NCBI RefSeq assembly: GCF_009914755.1
Contig: NC_060935.1
Origin: the human T2T-CHM13v2.0 reference genome, Homo sapiens
Reading direction: 5' to 3' (one strand)
DNA length: 64,000 bases
Shown: positions 1 through 14,170 of the stretch, one piece after another
Layout: the number at the start of each line of letters is the position of its first letter
Numbering within the stretch: the first letter of the stretch is position 1
Notes under the pieces: generated by a model
The model's database searches: none
The model's input: only the letters and a program-made list of their open reading frames with translations
Told to the model about the DNA's origin: nothing
Position numbers and translations under genes: made by a program

Positions 1-148
1 ATGATACAGTTAACCATAGAGTGCCTTAGATGTGTGAATTCTGGAATGCTGAATTTGTTCATTCAAAGTAAATATTTACTTAAATATTCTCATCCCCACC
101 CTCCAGATATTATTTGTATTTCTTTCATCAACAGTTGTTTTTATGTAG

Positions 149-453
<305 letters not shown>

Positions 454-3400
454 CTTGACTTTTTTGTTTGTTTTTAACAAAAACTAGATTAACACACAAG
501 AAACAATTTCGAAGGGATTCCTGCGTAAGACAGAATATGGGACTGACTGAGTTTCCAGTTCCATAATTCTGTACTCAGTTCAAGCCCAAGTTCTCTAGGA
601 TGTTTCAAATATATGTTGAAATTGGGAGTGATGTGTGAGACTGTAGGGGTAGACAAAAATTTCACCTAGTATGCACTTCTACTTCAACTCTAAACATTTC
701 AAATAAAGTTAAACTGCTTCAAGAAGTTGTGTTCTCTTTAATCATGGTTTTAAACATACATAAACTTTCAGAATGAAGACAAAGATGATAGGAACTTTGC
801 AACAGCCTCACAGAATAAATACCTCCACTGATGCATTGGCTATGGGTGACTCATTTCTGGGATCTGGAAGCTTCAAATGGCCCCCACAACAATGTATTAT
901 GTATGGATACATGTTGTGTTTTTAAGAAGGAAATAATTGACAACTGTAGGTCCGACCGTCATTGCTCAAAGAGAGTGATAAGAAATTGTGCAATTGCTGG
1001 CATTTCACATTGTTTCCTTTATGATGCATTATGAGCCATTTAATTTCAAGTCTTCCTTTACTCTTTGGCACAAAAGGCAACTTCAGCAAAAGGATACAAA
1101 TCTAGAGGAGGAGTACTCCGGTAGGAAGGAAGCAAGATTCATTTTAGCTAAGTGGTTCTGGTTAATGGCTTCTTAATCCTGCATGGGCATTAGGAAAAAA
1201 ACAGACCAAATTGAGGATTAGCTATTTTTATTCTTCAAATAGGAAGAAGCAAAATAATTCTCTAGATGTGATCTGTCCTAGGAGGTATGCAACAACAACA
1301 ACAAAACATTCAGATGTGCTTTTCACCATAAAATTAACCTGAAAATTGCACATTAAAATGGAGAAAATTCTGTAGTGGAACTCTGTACTCCTAGGTTCTA
1401 AGCTTGCGTTTGTTACTAGCTGAGAAATCTTCAACAAAGTGGTTAATTTCTTTGGACTTTGCTTCATACATAACATGAACAGAATACATTCCTAATCCCT
1501 TTGGCCTTTTCTGTCTCTCTTCCTCTGTTTAATGGGAGGGACGGTTTGCATATGAAGGCAGAGATGATTTCTTCTGTGACCAGATAAAGAGGAGAGCCTT
1601 GCTTTTAGTTTACTTTTACGAATTAATTTAGCTGAAAAATCCAGTTGATGGAATTTACTTTTGTTTTATTCAAGTGAGCTCAATGTCTCTTTTAAAAATT
1701 TTGATTTCAACTTGAAAATATCTAGAAATAGCCTGATATAACTAGAAATCACCCTTGTTATATTATTTTTAAAGTTTCCACCCTTAATTGAAAAACAGAC
1801 ACACTCAATATTTAAACTCTACACAAGGCATAGGGATTCTCCTTTATATATGAGAACTATGTATTAACCAATCCCCGATCAAAATTGGTTTTGATAGGTA
1901 AGTATAAGTATAGTATAGATAAGTATAGATGCCAGACTGGTTATCTGGGAAATGAAATACTGTATGTAAGCCCTAATTTATTAATTTAATCTCTGGTCTT
2001 TATTTTGAGCCCTGGATATTAATCCAATATATTCTACTTACAGGTTATGTCATTTAATATCACTAAGCCACAGTAACTGCTTATGTGAAATGAAGATAAT
2101 TATGTCTATCTTGCAGAGTTATAAGGTGTTTAGCAGTTTGTCTGACACACAGTTGGGGCTCAAAAAATTTAGTGATTTTCCTTACTAAAATTCATCTAGG
2201 CTCATTCACCTTTGGTTGGCTCTTTAGTAGTATATTGGACTCTTAGCAGTTCCCTTATAATTTCTTGCCTTTTTTTTTCTTTTGCATCACGCAGCTTTAT
2301 TACTTTGGGATTCATCTTAAGGAAAACAGTGGACTCCAGACCATCTATGGATGGTTTTTTAAAATAGTCTGGAGTTAACTATCACAAACTCTCCTCAATT
2401 CATATGTCCATCCCTCAGGAAAACTTCCAAAAAATTCCCATAGAAATTTTTAGGTTTGTAATTAACTTTATAATCTAAAATGTTTTTGCAAGAAGTGGTA
2501 TTTATTTACTGTCCACTCTTAAGTACCATGCTTTTGCTGCGTGTATGCCAGGGACTGTGCTTAATAATAGCATTATTCAGTCCTCTTTTGTTGCTGAATC
2601 TGTTGCTGCAAAACCCTCCTCCTTAAAGGACTTGCTACTATAGGAAGTTTGAGAGATTTGCTAAACACCTTTACGAGAATTGCAGACAACTCTGCACTTC
2701 TGTAGGAAAATGTTGACGTTTTGTTTTTTGGCAGTGCCAGTTGTGTTTATGAAGAAGATATACACAAATAGTTTTGAATTTTACTCCACTGTAAATTTTA
2801 GATTATCTTATTAGGAGGCTTAATAGGAAGTAAAAAGTGAGACATCTGTGCAGTGGTGGGGAGGGGGAGGCAGTCTGCTTATTTTTGATGTCCCAAGGGT
2901 AAATTGGAGTGTATTATGGTTATAGACAACTGGGAGCATATGTTTGCTTTTGTCTTAGCACATCTTGTAAAAACACATTAGCTGACACATCAGCAGTGAT
3001 TTCTGGGGAAAGTCCAACTTTCTTCCTAGCCTGGCTTTCCATGTTTTGCTTGATTTATGATGAGCTCATGTGTCATACAAGGGTGGGCAAGAGAAGGACA
3101 ATGATAGTTTTGGCTTCTGGTGGCTGCTCTTTACCAATACAGCTACCAAGACTTTTCATAGAACCATAGATCAAATCAAACACAGCCTGTCCCAAAAGAC
3201 TTTGGCTTAATGGGATCAGCTAAGGCTGTTAAGTGATTCATCATTATCCTAAAGGACATTTGGTTAAAACAGAGAGTGTTTTTAGTAATTCCATAGAAAT
3301 AAGCATTTACTACTCACATAACTCATTTAATAATAAGAATGTTTTACACTTATATGGAGACTTACAGTCTAAAGTATTTTCTTTCTCTTTTTCTTTAAAT

Positions 3401-4560
3401 AAATTTGTTGCTATTGCAAGTGCACACCCGTAAAGCCACTTGGCACAACTATCCTGCTTTGTGTCAAGTTCTGAATTCAAATTACCTAGAAGGACAATCC
3501 TGGGAAAAATATCTAGTTTCAGAATCTCTGATATCCACTGTTTTCATCTCCTTTTCCCCTAACTGACATCCTTACAATCTAGAACCTCCCTATACCCTTA
3601 TCTTAGAGAAATAAGAAAAAAAAAACTGGAGCCATTTATACAGTGACAAAATTTCATTAACTCATTGTGCTAACTCTTCCTGGTATTTTCACAGTCTATT
3701 CTTTTATTTATGACTAAAGCTCAGAAGGCATTGTCTCTCATTAAAATAATTCTAAGTTGTATAGGAAAAATCACTGGGGGAGATATTTTAAGGTAAGGAG
3801 TTATACTTTTCTTAGGCTGGTACTGAATATCAACCTGAATATTAGAAAGAATTGGGAGTCTAATCTAATTTAGAGCCCATCTGGTCTTCTACTCTGTCCT
3901 TTAATTTTCACCCTTCTCTTTCTTTCCTTACACAGAAGGTTTCCTAGATATTTGGAACTCTAGTTCTCCATTAACAATCCCCCAGTAAGAGTGAGCCAAA
4001 CTATAAAAAGAATATAGAGATATTTCAACCCGAAAAAAAACACAAGTGTCTGGGACTGTAACTTAAAAAATCTTGCATATATACCTCAGATGGCTCAGAG
4101 GAATTACTGTGTTAATTCAAAGTAAGAACATTGCTGTTTAAAATGATGGCTTTGAATTAGCAAGAATAGTAGTATATGTTATGTGATAAATATATATCCT
4201 CTACTTAGTAAGGGAGAGAAGTGATGGAGTTTAAAATGAATTCTATCTGAAGTAACTATAATTTTAAAATGTGAGTGTTTCAAAGCTATCTAGAATTTTA
4301 ATTATCTAAAATAGCACATTCCTTGATGATTCTAGAGAGCTGAAGTTTTCATTTGAATCTGGGATTTACATTATATTCTGCACATGGATGTTTCTGAAAG
4401 TAATATATTTGGAGTTGATGATTATATAAACCAATTTATCAAAAGATAATTTAAACTCAAACCCTTAAAAAATCCAAGAAAAATTCAACCTTCTCTTCAT
4501 TATTTTAATGTCTTATAAGTCTGCAGATGTTTATTAAATGTTAGCGTAAAAATTATGGCT

Positions 4561-4896
<336 letters not shown>

Positions 4897-5050
4897 TCAC
4901 CACCTCTGTGCCTTTGAACATTTACCTTTTCTGAGCAAAGTTTCAGGACAGTAACATCTACCTCTCAGGATTGTTGTGAATGATAATTAAAAAAAAAAAA
5001 ACAGCAAAAACAACAGTAGAAGCTAATATTGTGTGTACACTATTACCCAT

Positions 5051-5830
5051 TGAGAGGTGAAGCCAGCTGGACTTCCTGGGTTGAGTGGGAACTTGGAGAA
5101 CTTTTCTGTCTAGCTAGAGGATTGTAAATGCACCAGTCAGCACTCTGTAAAAATGCACCAATTAGCACTCTGTGTCTAGCTAAAGGTTTGTAAACGCACC
5201 AATCGGCATTCTGTAAAAATGCACTAATCAGTGCTCTGTGTCTAGCTAAAGGATTATAAACGCAGCAATCAGCACTCTGTAAAAATGCACCTATCAGCGC
5301 TCTGTAAAATGGACCAATCAGCACTCTGTAAAATGGACCAATCAGCAGAATGTGGGAGGGGCCAAATAAGGGAACAAAAGCTGGCCACCCCAGCCAGCAG
5401 CAGCAACCCACTGGGGTCCCCTTCCATGGTGTGGAAGCTTTGTTCTTTCGCTTTTTATAATAAATCTTGCTGCTGCTCAGTCTTTGGGTCCGCACTACCT
5501 TTATGAACTGTAGCACTCACCGCGAGGGTCTCCAGCTTCATTCCTGAAGTCAACGAGACCATGAACCCCCCCACTGGGAGAAACAACTCCAGACGTGCCA
5601 CCTTTAAGAGCTGTAACACTTGCTGTGAGGGTCTGGGGCTTCACTCCTGAAGTCAGTGAGACCACGAACCCACCGGAAGGAAGAAACTCTGGACACATCT
5701 GAACATCTGAAGGAACAAACTCCCGACACACCATCTTTAAGAGCTGTAACACTCACCGCGAGGGTCCGCGGCTTCATTCTTGAAGTCAGCGAGACCAAGA
5801 ACCCACTGGAAGGAATAAATTCCGGACACA
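5051..5830 (+). mobile_element. Solo LTR12-family (ERV9) LTR
   Basis: TGAGAGGTGAAGCC...GGACACA termini; tandem U3 repeats (CACCAATCAGCACTCTGT); three U5 repeats (GAGACCAYGAACCC-like); AATAAA at 5459-5464; 4-bp TSD CCAT (5047-5050, 5831-5834). Confidence 0.93.
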
Positions 5831-5995
5831 CCATTGTTCCCAAAGTTCAAAGATGCACTAACTGCATTATTTTATACTCCCTAAGGCTTTAATAATTATA
5901 TTATTGTTCTTATTTTCAAGGTAAGGGATTTGAGGTTAAGATAACTTACATGCATTGCAAGTTAACGCTTAATGAGTGAAAGATCTAGGTTTTGA

Positions 5996-6341
<346 letters not shown>

Positions 6342-7055
6342 TAAACATTGTGCATGCCACAAAGAAGCCTAATTGTTGCAGGTTCTTTGGAGAATGAAAC
6401 ACTTAAACAGCTGAAAAGCATTTCACTCCTGTCTAATTTTCACCACAGCTGTCTATAGCTAGTTTCCTTGCTCTACACCTTTTCCACAAAAATAATATCA
6501 GAGTTCAGGGCAGATTTTTATTATTTCTGAACTTGATCATGGGTAGTTCCCTGTCCCTTCTGTGACTTCATTCACCGTATATCTGAAATGAAAACATCTG
6601 GCAGAATGACCTCCATGTTTCCTCCTGACTCTGCAGTTCATCAAAAGTTACAGAAGCGTGAAATAATATTCTTAACCTGTAGCGTATTAGTACAACCATC
6701 CTGGCTGTCCGTTTGGTTATTCTTTCCTCTTAAACTGCACTGCAAGTAGCAATTACTTTAAATTCCGACTGGTTTCAGTGCAACAGCTATGTAGGAAGCC
6801 TGCAGCAGCTGCAGGATACAGGTTCACCAAAGCATGAATCTCCCATATTCACCTCCTCACTATAACCAAGATGCAGTTGGCCTGCTGAGGAGAGAGGTGC
6901 CTTGAGGGTAAAACTGGATTGCCTGAAAGTTACGTTACTGGAAGTATTTTGCAAATGCATTGTATTGGTTGTGGTACATTTCTTATCATCGTACTCTTAG
7001 ACAGTTACTAGGCTGACCAAAGGCATTTCCTAAAAATAACTCCTAAAGTTGTGTA

Positions 7056-7134
7056 TTTTGTTGGTGCACAAGTAAAATGTCAAATGCTATTACTTTCAGT
7101 GGCAAAATCCTCCATAACTTTTGCACCAACCTAA
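7056..7134. mobile_element. MADE1 (Hsmar1-derived mariner MITE)
   Basis: 79-bp near-palindrome ...GTTGGTGCACAAGTAA...TAACTTTTGCACCAACCTAA flanked by TA on both sides. Confidence 0.85.
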
Positions 7135-7309
7135 TATATTTTATATTTGGCTTTGGAACACTAACTAACAGCAATTTGGGAGGGTGGTGGTGGCTACTTT
7201 CTAAATGTATGCACAAGAGCTGGCTTTAAACACACACTCCATCACTACCTGATATCTGGAGCAATTTATTTCATTTACTGCAGCTCATTTTCTTACATCT
7301 ATATGATCT

Positions 7310-7480
7310 AGGTCTCCCAGTTTGTGAGATCTGAAGAATCACCTAACATTCTTGTTAAAATGCAAATTCTTCAGTCCCTCTAGACCTACCGAAACTAAAC
7401 TCCAGAGGAGGAGACTAGAAATCTGTATTTTTTACAAAGATGCACCCTAGGAGAGTCTGACAATTGAGTCAATTTCAAAA
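7310..7480. mobile_element. MER5-like hAT-Charlie DNA transposon remnant
   Basis: GAATCACCT..CTTGTTAAAATGCAAATTC..AGACCTAC..AATCTGTATTTTT motifs typical of MER5A/B. Confidence 0.65.
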
Positions 7481-7909
7481 ACAATTTGCTAATACAATAT
7501 TATAACTATGTGCACATTAGAGAATGAATTTAAATGAGTGAACTATAGTAAATTGCCAATTGATGCTACAGTTATTAGTAAAGGCAAGCTATATAGATTC
7601 TAGATATACTTAGTTGTATACATGCATTTCATACAATGGAAATGTAACTTTAGTGTTTTCCTAACGCTATCTTCCTTTTTAAGGTTTTGTTAAGGTTCCT
7701 AAATGGCATTGGCTGTCTTGTCTTGTTTATTCTATGCTCTTTAACTTCTCAACTGATTCATGTCAAACTGGACACTTTAATTAATGAGTTATTAGACTTG
7801 TAGGGGAGAATTTTTAGACTTTGTTTTCAGTTGTTCAATCGTGTCCCTTGTGAATACCCCAAATGCTGTCAATTCTTTATCTTTGTTCTAGGCCCTGAAC
7901 AAAGTTAGT

Positions 7910-8020
7910 TTCCTTCTCTTCTCTTTTCTTTTCTTTTCTCTCCCTTACCTCCCCTCCCCTCCCCGCTTCTCTTCCCCTTTCCTTCCTCTCTCTTTCTTTC
8001 TTTTCTTTCTTCTTTCTTTT
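7910..8020. repeat. CT-rich low-complexity tract
   Basis: Almost pure pyrimidine run of TTTC/CCCT units. Confidence 0.9.
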
Positions 8021-8436
8021 TGCTATGTAACATTTTGCAAAACAGCGGGCTTTGCTGTATAGCCTCACATAAAGATCTCAGAATGACTTGAAAAAAATGT
8101 ATAGTGAAAGGTTTATAATTCTCCTTGATTTATATATAGCGAAAATGTGTATTAGGTTTGTGTTTCCTTATAAATTCACTGTAATAATGTAAAGTCATTG
8201 TAGGAAAGGCAATGTGTGAAATAAAAGATATTATGTCATAAAAATTGTGTTTGAATCTTAAGATTGTTACACAGTAAGTAATCATGGGCAAGGTAATTAA
8301 TTTCAGTTTCTTTAGTTATGAAAACAGAAATAAGTGCTGTTATTTAATTCTTACTCTTTGCCAGACATTTTTTAAAGTATTTTGCTTATAAACCATTTAA
8401 TAAAAAGGAGAAATTTCTATTACTTCATTTCGCAGA

Positions 8437-8968
8437 TGTATTAGGATTCTTCAGAGGGGCAGAACTAATAGGATAGATGTGTATATGAAAAGGGGTTTAT
8501 TAAGGAGAATTGACTCACAGGATCACAAGGTAAAGTCCCATGATAGGCCGTCTGCAAGTTGCAGAGCAAGGAAGCCAGTGGTGGATCAGTCCGAGTCCCA
8601 AAACCTCAAAAGTATGGAAGCCAACAGTGCAGCCTTCAGCTAAAGGCCCGGGAATCCCTGGCAAACCACTGGTGTAAGTCCAAGAGTCCAAAGCTGAAGA
8701 ACCTGGAGTCTGATGTTCCAGGACAGGAAGCATCCAGCAAGGGAGAAAGATGAGGCTGGATGCTCTTCCATCTTCTCCTACCTGCTTTATTCTAGCTTGG
8801 CTGGCAGCTGATTAGATGGTGCCCACTCAGATTAAGGGTGGGTCTGACTCTCCCAGTCCACTGACTCAAATGTTATTCTCCTTTGGCAACACCCTCAGAG
8901 ACACACCCAGGAACAATACTTTGCATCCTTTAACCCAGTCAAGTTGACACATAATATTAACCATCAAA
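8437..8968 (-). mobile_element. MLT2A-type ERVL solo LTR inserted in a MIR
   Basis: TGTATTAG...CAAGTTGACAC..TATTAACCATCA termini; 5-bp TSD GCAGA/ACAGA; removing it rejoins the MIR core CATTT..CAGATGAGGAAATTGA. Confidence 0.88.
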
Positions 8969-9135
8969 ACAGATGAGGAAATTGAAGGGCAGAGAAGTTA
9001 AATCAGAGTTCAGGGTGACACAACCGGGAGTGTTGGAGCTAAGGTACCTATCTTGTTGGCAGAAATATGAGGATTAGCAACTCTGTATGAATATTACCCC
9101 CTATAGGGACTGCTATATAGTAGGCTAAATGCATG

Positions 9136-9534
9136 TGCTATGGTCTCATGTTTGTGTCGCCTCCAAAATTCATGTTGAAACTTAACAAAAATGTAATGAT
9201 ATTAAGAGATGTGACCTTTAGGAGGTGATTAACCCATGAGGGTAGATTCATATAGGATGAGTGCCTTCTGAAGGGGCTAAAGAGAACTAGTTTGACCGCT
9301 TTTTGTTTTGCTCATCTGCCCTTTTCCTATGCAAGGCCATACCATTTGTCCCTTCCAAAGGATGTAGAATTCAAGATGCCATCTTGGAAGCAGACCAGAC
9401 CTTATTAGACACTGAGCCTACTGGCACCTTGATCTTACTTCTCAGCCTTCAGAATCTTGAGAAATAAATTTCTATAACTTATACACTACCCAATTTGTGG
9501 TATTTTGCTATAGCTGCACAAATAGACTAAGACA
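9136..9534 (+). mobile_element. MaLR solo LTR (MST/MLT1A-like)
   Basis: TGCTATGGTCT..CCAAAATTCATGTTGAAA start; GAGAAATAAATTTC and GACTAAGACA end. Confidence 0.8.
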
Positions 9535-9699
9535 ACTTTGTAACTAATATATTTATAAAATGCCAGTAGTTCCCATACTCACTCCAAATAAATTAGATTA
9601 AAGATGATCCATTCCATGGAAAAAGGCTTTTGCTGTTTATCTGAATAATATCCACTAACTGGTTGGTTTCACCATTTCACACTTTTATCACTTTATTTT

Positions 9700-10425
9700 T
9701 TTTATTTTTTTGTTTTCTAGTTTTATTGAGGTATAATTGGCAAATAAGGATTGTATATATATTTAGGGTGTTTTATATGTTTTGACATACACATACTTTG
9801 TAAAATTATTACCACAATCAAGCAATTAAAATATCTGTCACCTCACATAATTTGCAATGAGAATATTTAATATCCACCCTCTTAGCAAATTTCAAGTATA
9901 TAGTACAGTAATATTAACTACAGTCACCATGTTGATATTAGATTTTCATAACTTACTCATCTTACATAACTGAAACTGTACCCTTTGACCAATAGCTCCA
10001 CATGCCCCCCAATCCTACCCTTTGATAACTTCCATTGTACTCTCTGCTTCTATAAGTTCAACTTTCTTAGATTCCACATAAAATGAGATCATGCAATATT
10101 TGTCTTCCTGTACCTGGCTAATCTCATGTATATATTTATACATCACATTTCTTTATGCATTCATCTTTCAGTGAACATACATGTTGATTCCATATCTTGG
10201 CTATTCTAAATAATGCTGCAGTGAACATGGGAATGCTGATATCAAGATTCAGATTTCATTTTCTCTTTTGAATGTACGTGCAGAAATGGGAATGCTGGAT
10301 CACATGGAAGTTCTATTTTTATTTTGGGGGGTCCTCCATAATGCTTTTATAATGGCTGTGCCAATTTACATTTCCACCAAGAGTATGTAAGGATTCCCCT
10401 TTCTTCACATCCTTGCCACTCACGA
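9700..10425 (-). mobile_element. L1M (L1MA-like) 3' end fragment
   Basis: TTTATTGAGGTATAATT.., GATTCCACAT..GAGATCATGC, AATGCTGCAGTGAACATGGG: antisense 3'UTR and ORF2 end. Confidence 0.8.
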
Positions 10426-11196
10426 CTCCGTGGTACACTTGCAGCTGGTCGTGCATTTACATTCTACTTGCCTGAAGTTACTTTTAGTACAGACTGAACA
10501 TATCAACATAAGATGGTGTCAAACTTATAATAGGAGATAGATTGTAGTTGATAACTGGAGTGTAGAGTTCAAGTAGCTTAGATTCAAATGTTGTTTCTGT
10601 ATAATTTCTGTATACGAGTGTATGACCTTTGCCATCATTTTCTTCTCCAAGTTTCACTTCTTCTCCTATATAAATTGGGACTGATAAGGTTGTTTGAGAA
10701 TGGTTTGTAGTAGTACATACTAAAACAATAAGATGTTTACAAATCTACCTCCCTCCCACTTTTTCTGATACTTTTTCTGATCTTAAATCATCTTAACACA
10801 TTCTAACATGATTCCTACAAAAGCTCAATTAAGTAAAATTCAAATTTAACACACTTTCCTTATTGTTCAGTTCTTAGGCCGATTTTTAAAAAATCATAAC
10901 GTACCTTTAAGTTTCAGAATAATAGGATTTAAATTCAGAAATCAAAATTATCTCTGAATTTGCATTTATTTCTTATATAGCAGTAGTAATTTCTGATTAT
11001 GACCTGTTATGCTGATAAATAATAGAGAGCAATATTATTCATGGAGTGAAAGTATGGAAAATGGCATCTAAAAAGAATTGTATTAAAATAGAGTTGAAAT
11101 TACATCTTTACTTTCACCATTTTTTATGGATCTTATAATATGAAACAAAAAGAAAATTTATGATGTCAATCCCTAAGAATAGACAAGAAATTGTGA

Positions 11197-11537
<341 letters not shown>

Positions 11538-12146
11538 AAAATATTGTCTTTTTAAAGACTGTCTTTGGTGTAATTTCTCCTTTGGGCCACTAATATTTTG
11601 AATGATGCTTCTCTATTTCTCCCACAGTACTCCAAGATAACTGAGTTGGTGGTAAGCACCACAGTGAACAGCTTGCAATTAGTCATAGCTCTTACCAGAT
11701 GTGAAGAAAGCACCCACTCAGACGTACTTATGCCTATTTAGACAGCATTACTCTAGAGTTTAAATCATGGATAGAAGTTACTTTTGTATATATATTCCAT
11801 ATTAATTCATGTTTTATAAAACTTACTTTTACATGCTCTAAAGAAACACTATAATGATAAAACTAAACAATGAATACATAGACAAGGATATTCTGTTAAA
11901 TATAATGTTTAAGATATCATTCTTAAAATTTTCCTCATGTAATCTGAGACTGGTATGGAAATTACCATATTGTCTATAAAATGAAATGATGTTATGTAAA
12001 AAAGTAAAGTGGGGTAGGGCAATCTCTCTCTTCTTCAGACCTAGTATTGACCAATTAGAAGAAAAATTGGAATTATGACAATCAAAGCATTAAGGCTTTG
12101 AAATCATCAGATATCCCTTCCTTCAACCAAGATAAAAAAAATCCTT

Positions 12147-12450
12147 GCTGGACACGGTGGCTTATGCCTGTAATCCCAGCACTTTGAGAGGCTGAAGCGG
12201 GCAGATCACCTGAGGTCAGGAGTTCAAGACCAGCCTGGCCAACATGGTGAAACACCATCTCTACTAAAAATAAAAAATTTTAGGGTATCGTGGCATGTGC
12301 CTGTAGTCCCAGCTACCTGGGAGGCTGAGGCAGGAGAATGGCTTGAATCCAGAGGCAGCAGTTGCAGTGAGCTGAGATCATGCCATTGAACTCCAGCCTG
12401 GGCAACAGAGTGAGACTCCATCTCAAACGAACAAACAAACAAACAAAAAA
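12147..12450 (+). mobile_element. AluSx-like with (AAAC)n tail
   Basis: Sense Alu; flanked by AAAAAA(T)ATCCTTG repeat. Confidence 0.93.
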
Positions 12451-12949
12451 TATCCTTGATGTGAATTGTACTTAGCAGGAAATAAAAGCTTAATATATCT
12501 GAAGTTTACTTCTACCAAGAATATTTTGTAAGATCTAAATATATTCTTCAATTTCTCAGTATATGAAAATATGTTACTGAATGTTTATTAAACACTTGAA
12601 AGAATTGCTTGTCTTAAAGCCATGGGAGAATTTGTAATTTAACTTACTGTGTGCCAATCATCACTGTGTGCTCGATGTGCATTAACTTATGTAATTGTTT
12701 CAAAAATATGCCAAAATAGGTACTATTAGCTCTGTTTTGCCGAAGGAAACAAAGTCACAGAGTGATAAATACTCAGTAATATAAATATATAGAAAAGCTG
12801 GAATTTGAATGAGCAATATGGCTGTATAACTTGTTTTCATAAACACTATAAAAGTTTTACCAAGGTGGAGGAAAGGAACTGATAACAGTTTGGGGCCTAC
12901 TGTGCATCTGTCAATGTGCTGGCTATTGTGCACATGTTATGTTACATAG

Positions 12950-13070
12950 ATCTTATATTTACACTTTGAGGCAAATCCCTATTTTATAAATAAGGAAACA
13001 TACCCTGAGATGTTAAGTAAGTTGCACATGGCCACATAGCTAATACATGGAAAACATGGGATAAAATCCC
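12950..13070 (-). mobile_element. MIR fragment
   Basis: CCCTATTTTATAAATAAGGAAAC..GTTAAGTAAGTTGC..GGCCACATAGCTAA core. Confidence 0.6.
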
Positions 13071-13954
13071 ATGGACCTGCTAGTACACTGCGAGATATAT
13101 TATGTTTAAGCTTGTTTCTGCCTTAAGTCACCCTGAAAAAAAGTGGTTTAAGAAAAACAGTTAAATGAGGAATAATTTTAGCAAAGTGTGGAGATTATAG
13201 GGCCTTATGAAATTTAGTAATTTACAGGGCACAATAGGGCTATTGACAAGAGATTCTGAGAATTTCTGTTTCAGGCTATATCTCACTTTTTATAGGATGT
13301 TCACAATCTCTACTTGTTTTACCATCTCAAAAAGACTCTCATTGCATGCTATTCTAAACCACCTTCCTTCAGAATACCTAATCTTTAGTGACATGTAATA
13401 TACCTTTTAAATCTGGACTTAATATTTATGTTATTTCACCTGGATGTGCCTAGACTTGTATGTTATGTTCATTGGGATTGGAAATGACAAGGAACCAGAG
13501 ATCATGAAGTGACTTACCCAAAGCCCAGTGCTTTTGGGTTTCTGCAAATACTTATCGAATGCCTACCAAGTGCCAGGTACTGCACTAAATGGAAAATATA
13601 ACATTTAACAAGATTTGACATCTGCTGAGGAAGATCCGCTTACATTTTCGTCAATACTCATGGTGCTCCAACATACAGCTCTCTGTTTGCCAATCATTTT
13701 TATTGAAGAAATAACTGGCTGTCATCATTTTAGACACCGGCTTTAGTCAAAAAAAGTGCTCTAGTGGTCAAGGAGACACTTACAAATTTGAAAGCAAGCA
13801 AAACAGTTTTATACACAGCCATTGCCATTCTTATCTTTGGAATAAACTCCTGGGAGCTGATCCAGCACTGAAATCCAAAATGTGCTGCCCATATTTATGT
13901 TTTGGAAGTATTTTAATAAAATTTCAGAGTATCTAATTCTTGTTAGGAGGTAAT

Positions 13955-14170
13955 GTAAGATGGTAGTTGCATACAAAGCTTCAAATTCTCGCTCCATCAC
14001 TTAATAGCTGTGTCATTTTGACTGCTTCAAACATTATCTAAAACTGGACTCTTACATGTGTAAAATAACACGTGCTTCATATGGTTGCCATGGGGATTAA
14101 ATATGGTGATATATTTGAATCAATCGGCACAATTCCTAGGACCAGTGAAGTGCCTGCCACAGAGCTGGCA
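13955..14170 (+). mobile_element. MIR fragment
   Basis: TTCAAATTCTCGCTCCATCACTTAATAGCTGTGT..TGTAAAAT..GGGATTAAAT. Confidence 0.55.

Noticed and set aside
5043-5892. Overlapping 73-157 aa ORFs with internal peptide repeats
   Set aside because: They come from LTR12 U3/U5 tandem repeats; no coding signature. The repeats have no unique spacers, so this is not a CRISPR-like array.
7056-7134. Hairpin resembling a miR-548-type precursor
   Set aside because: Explained by the MADE1 palindrome; the arms are degenerate and there is no expression evidence.
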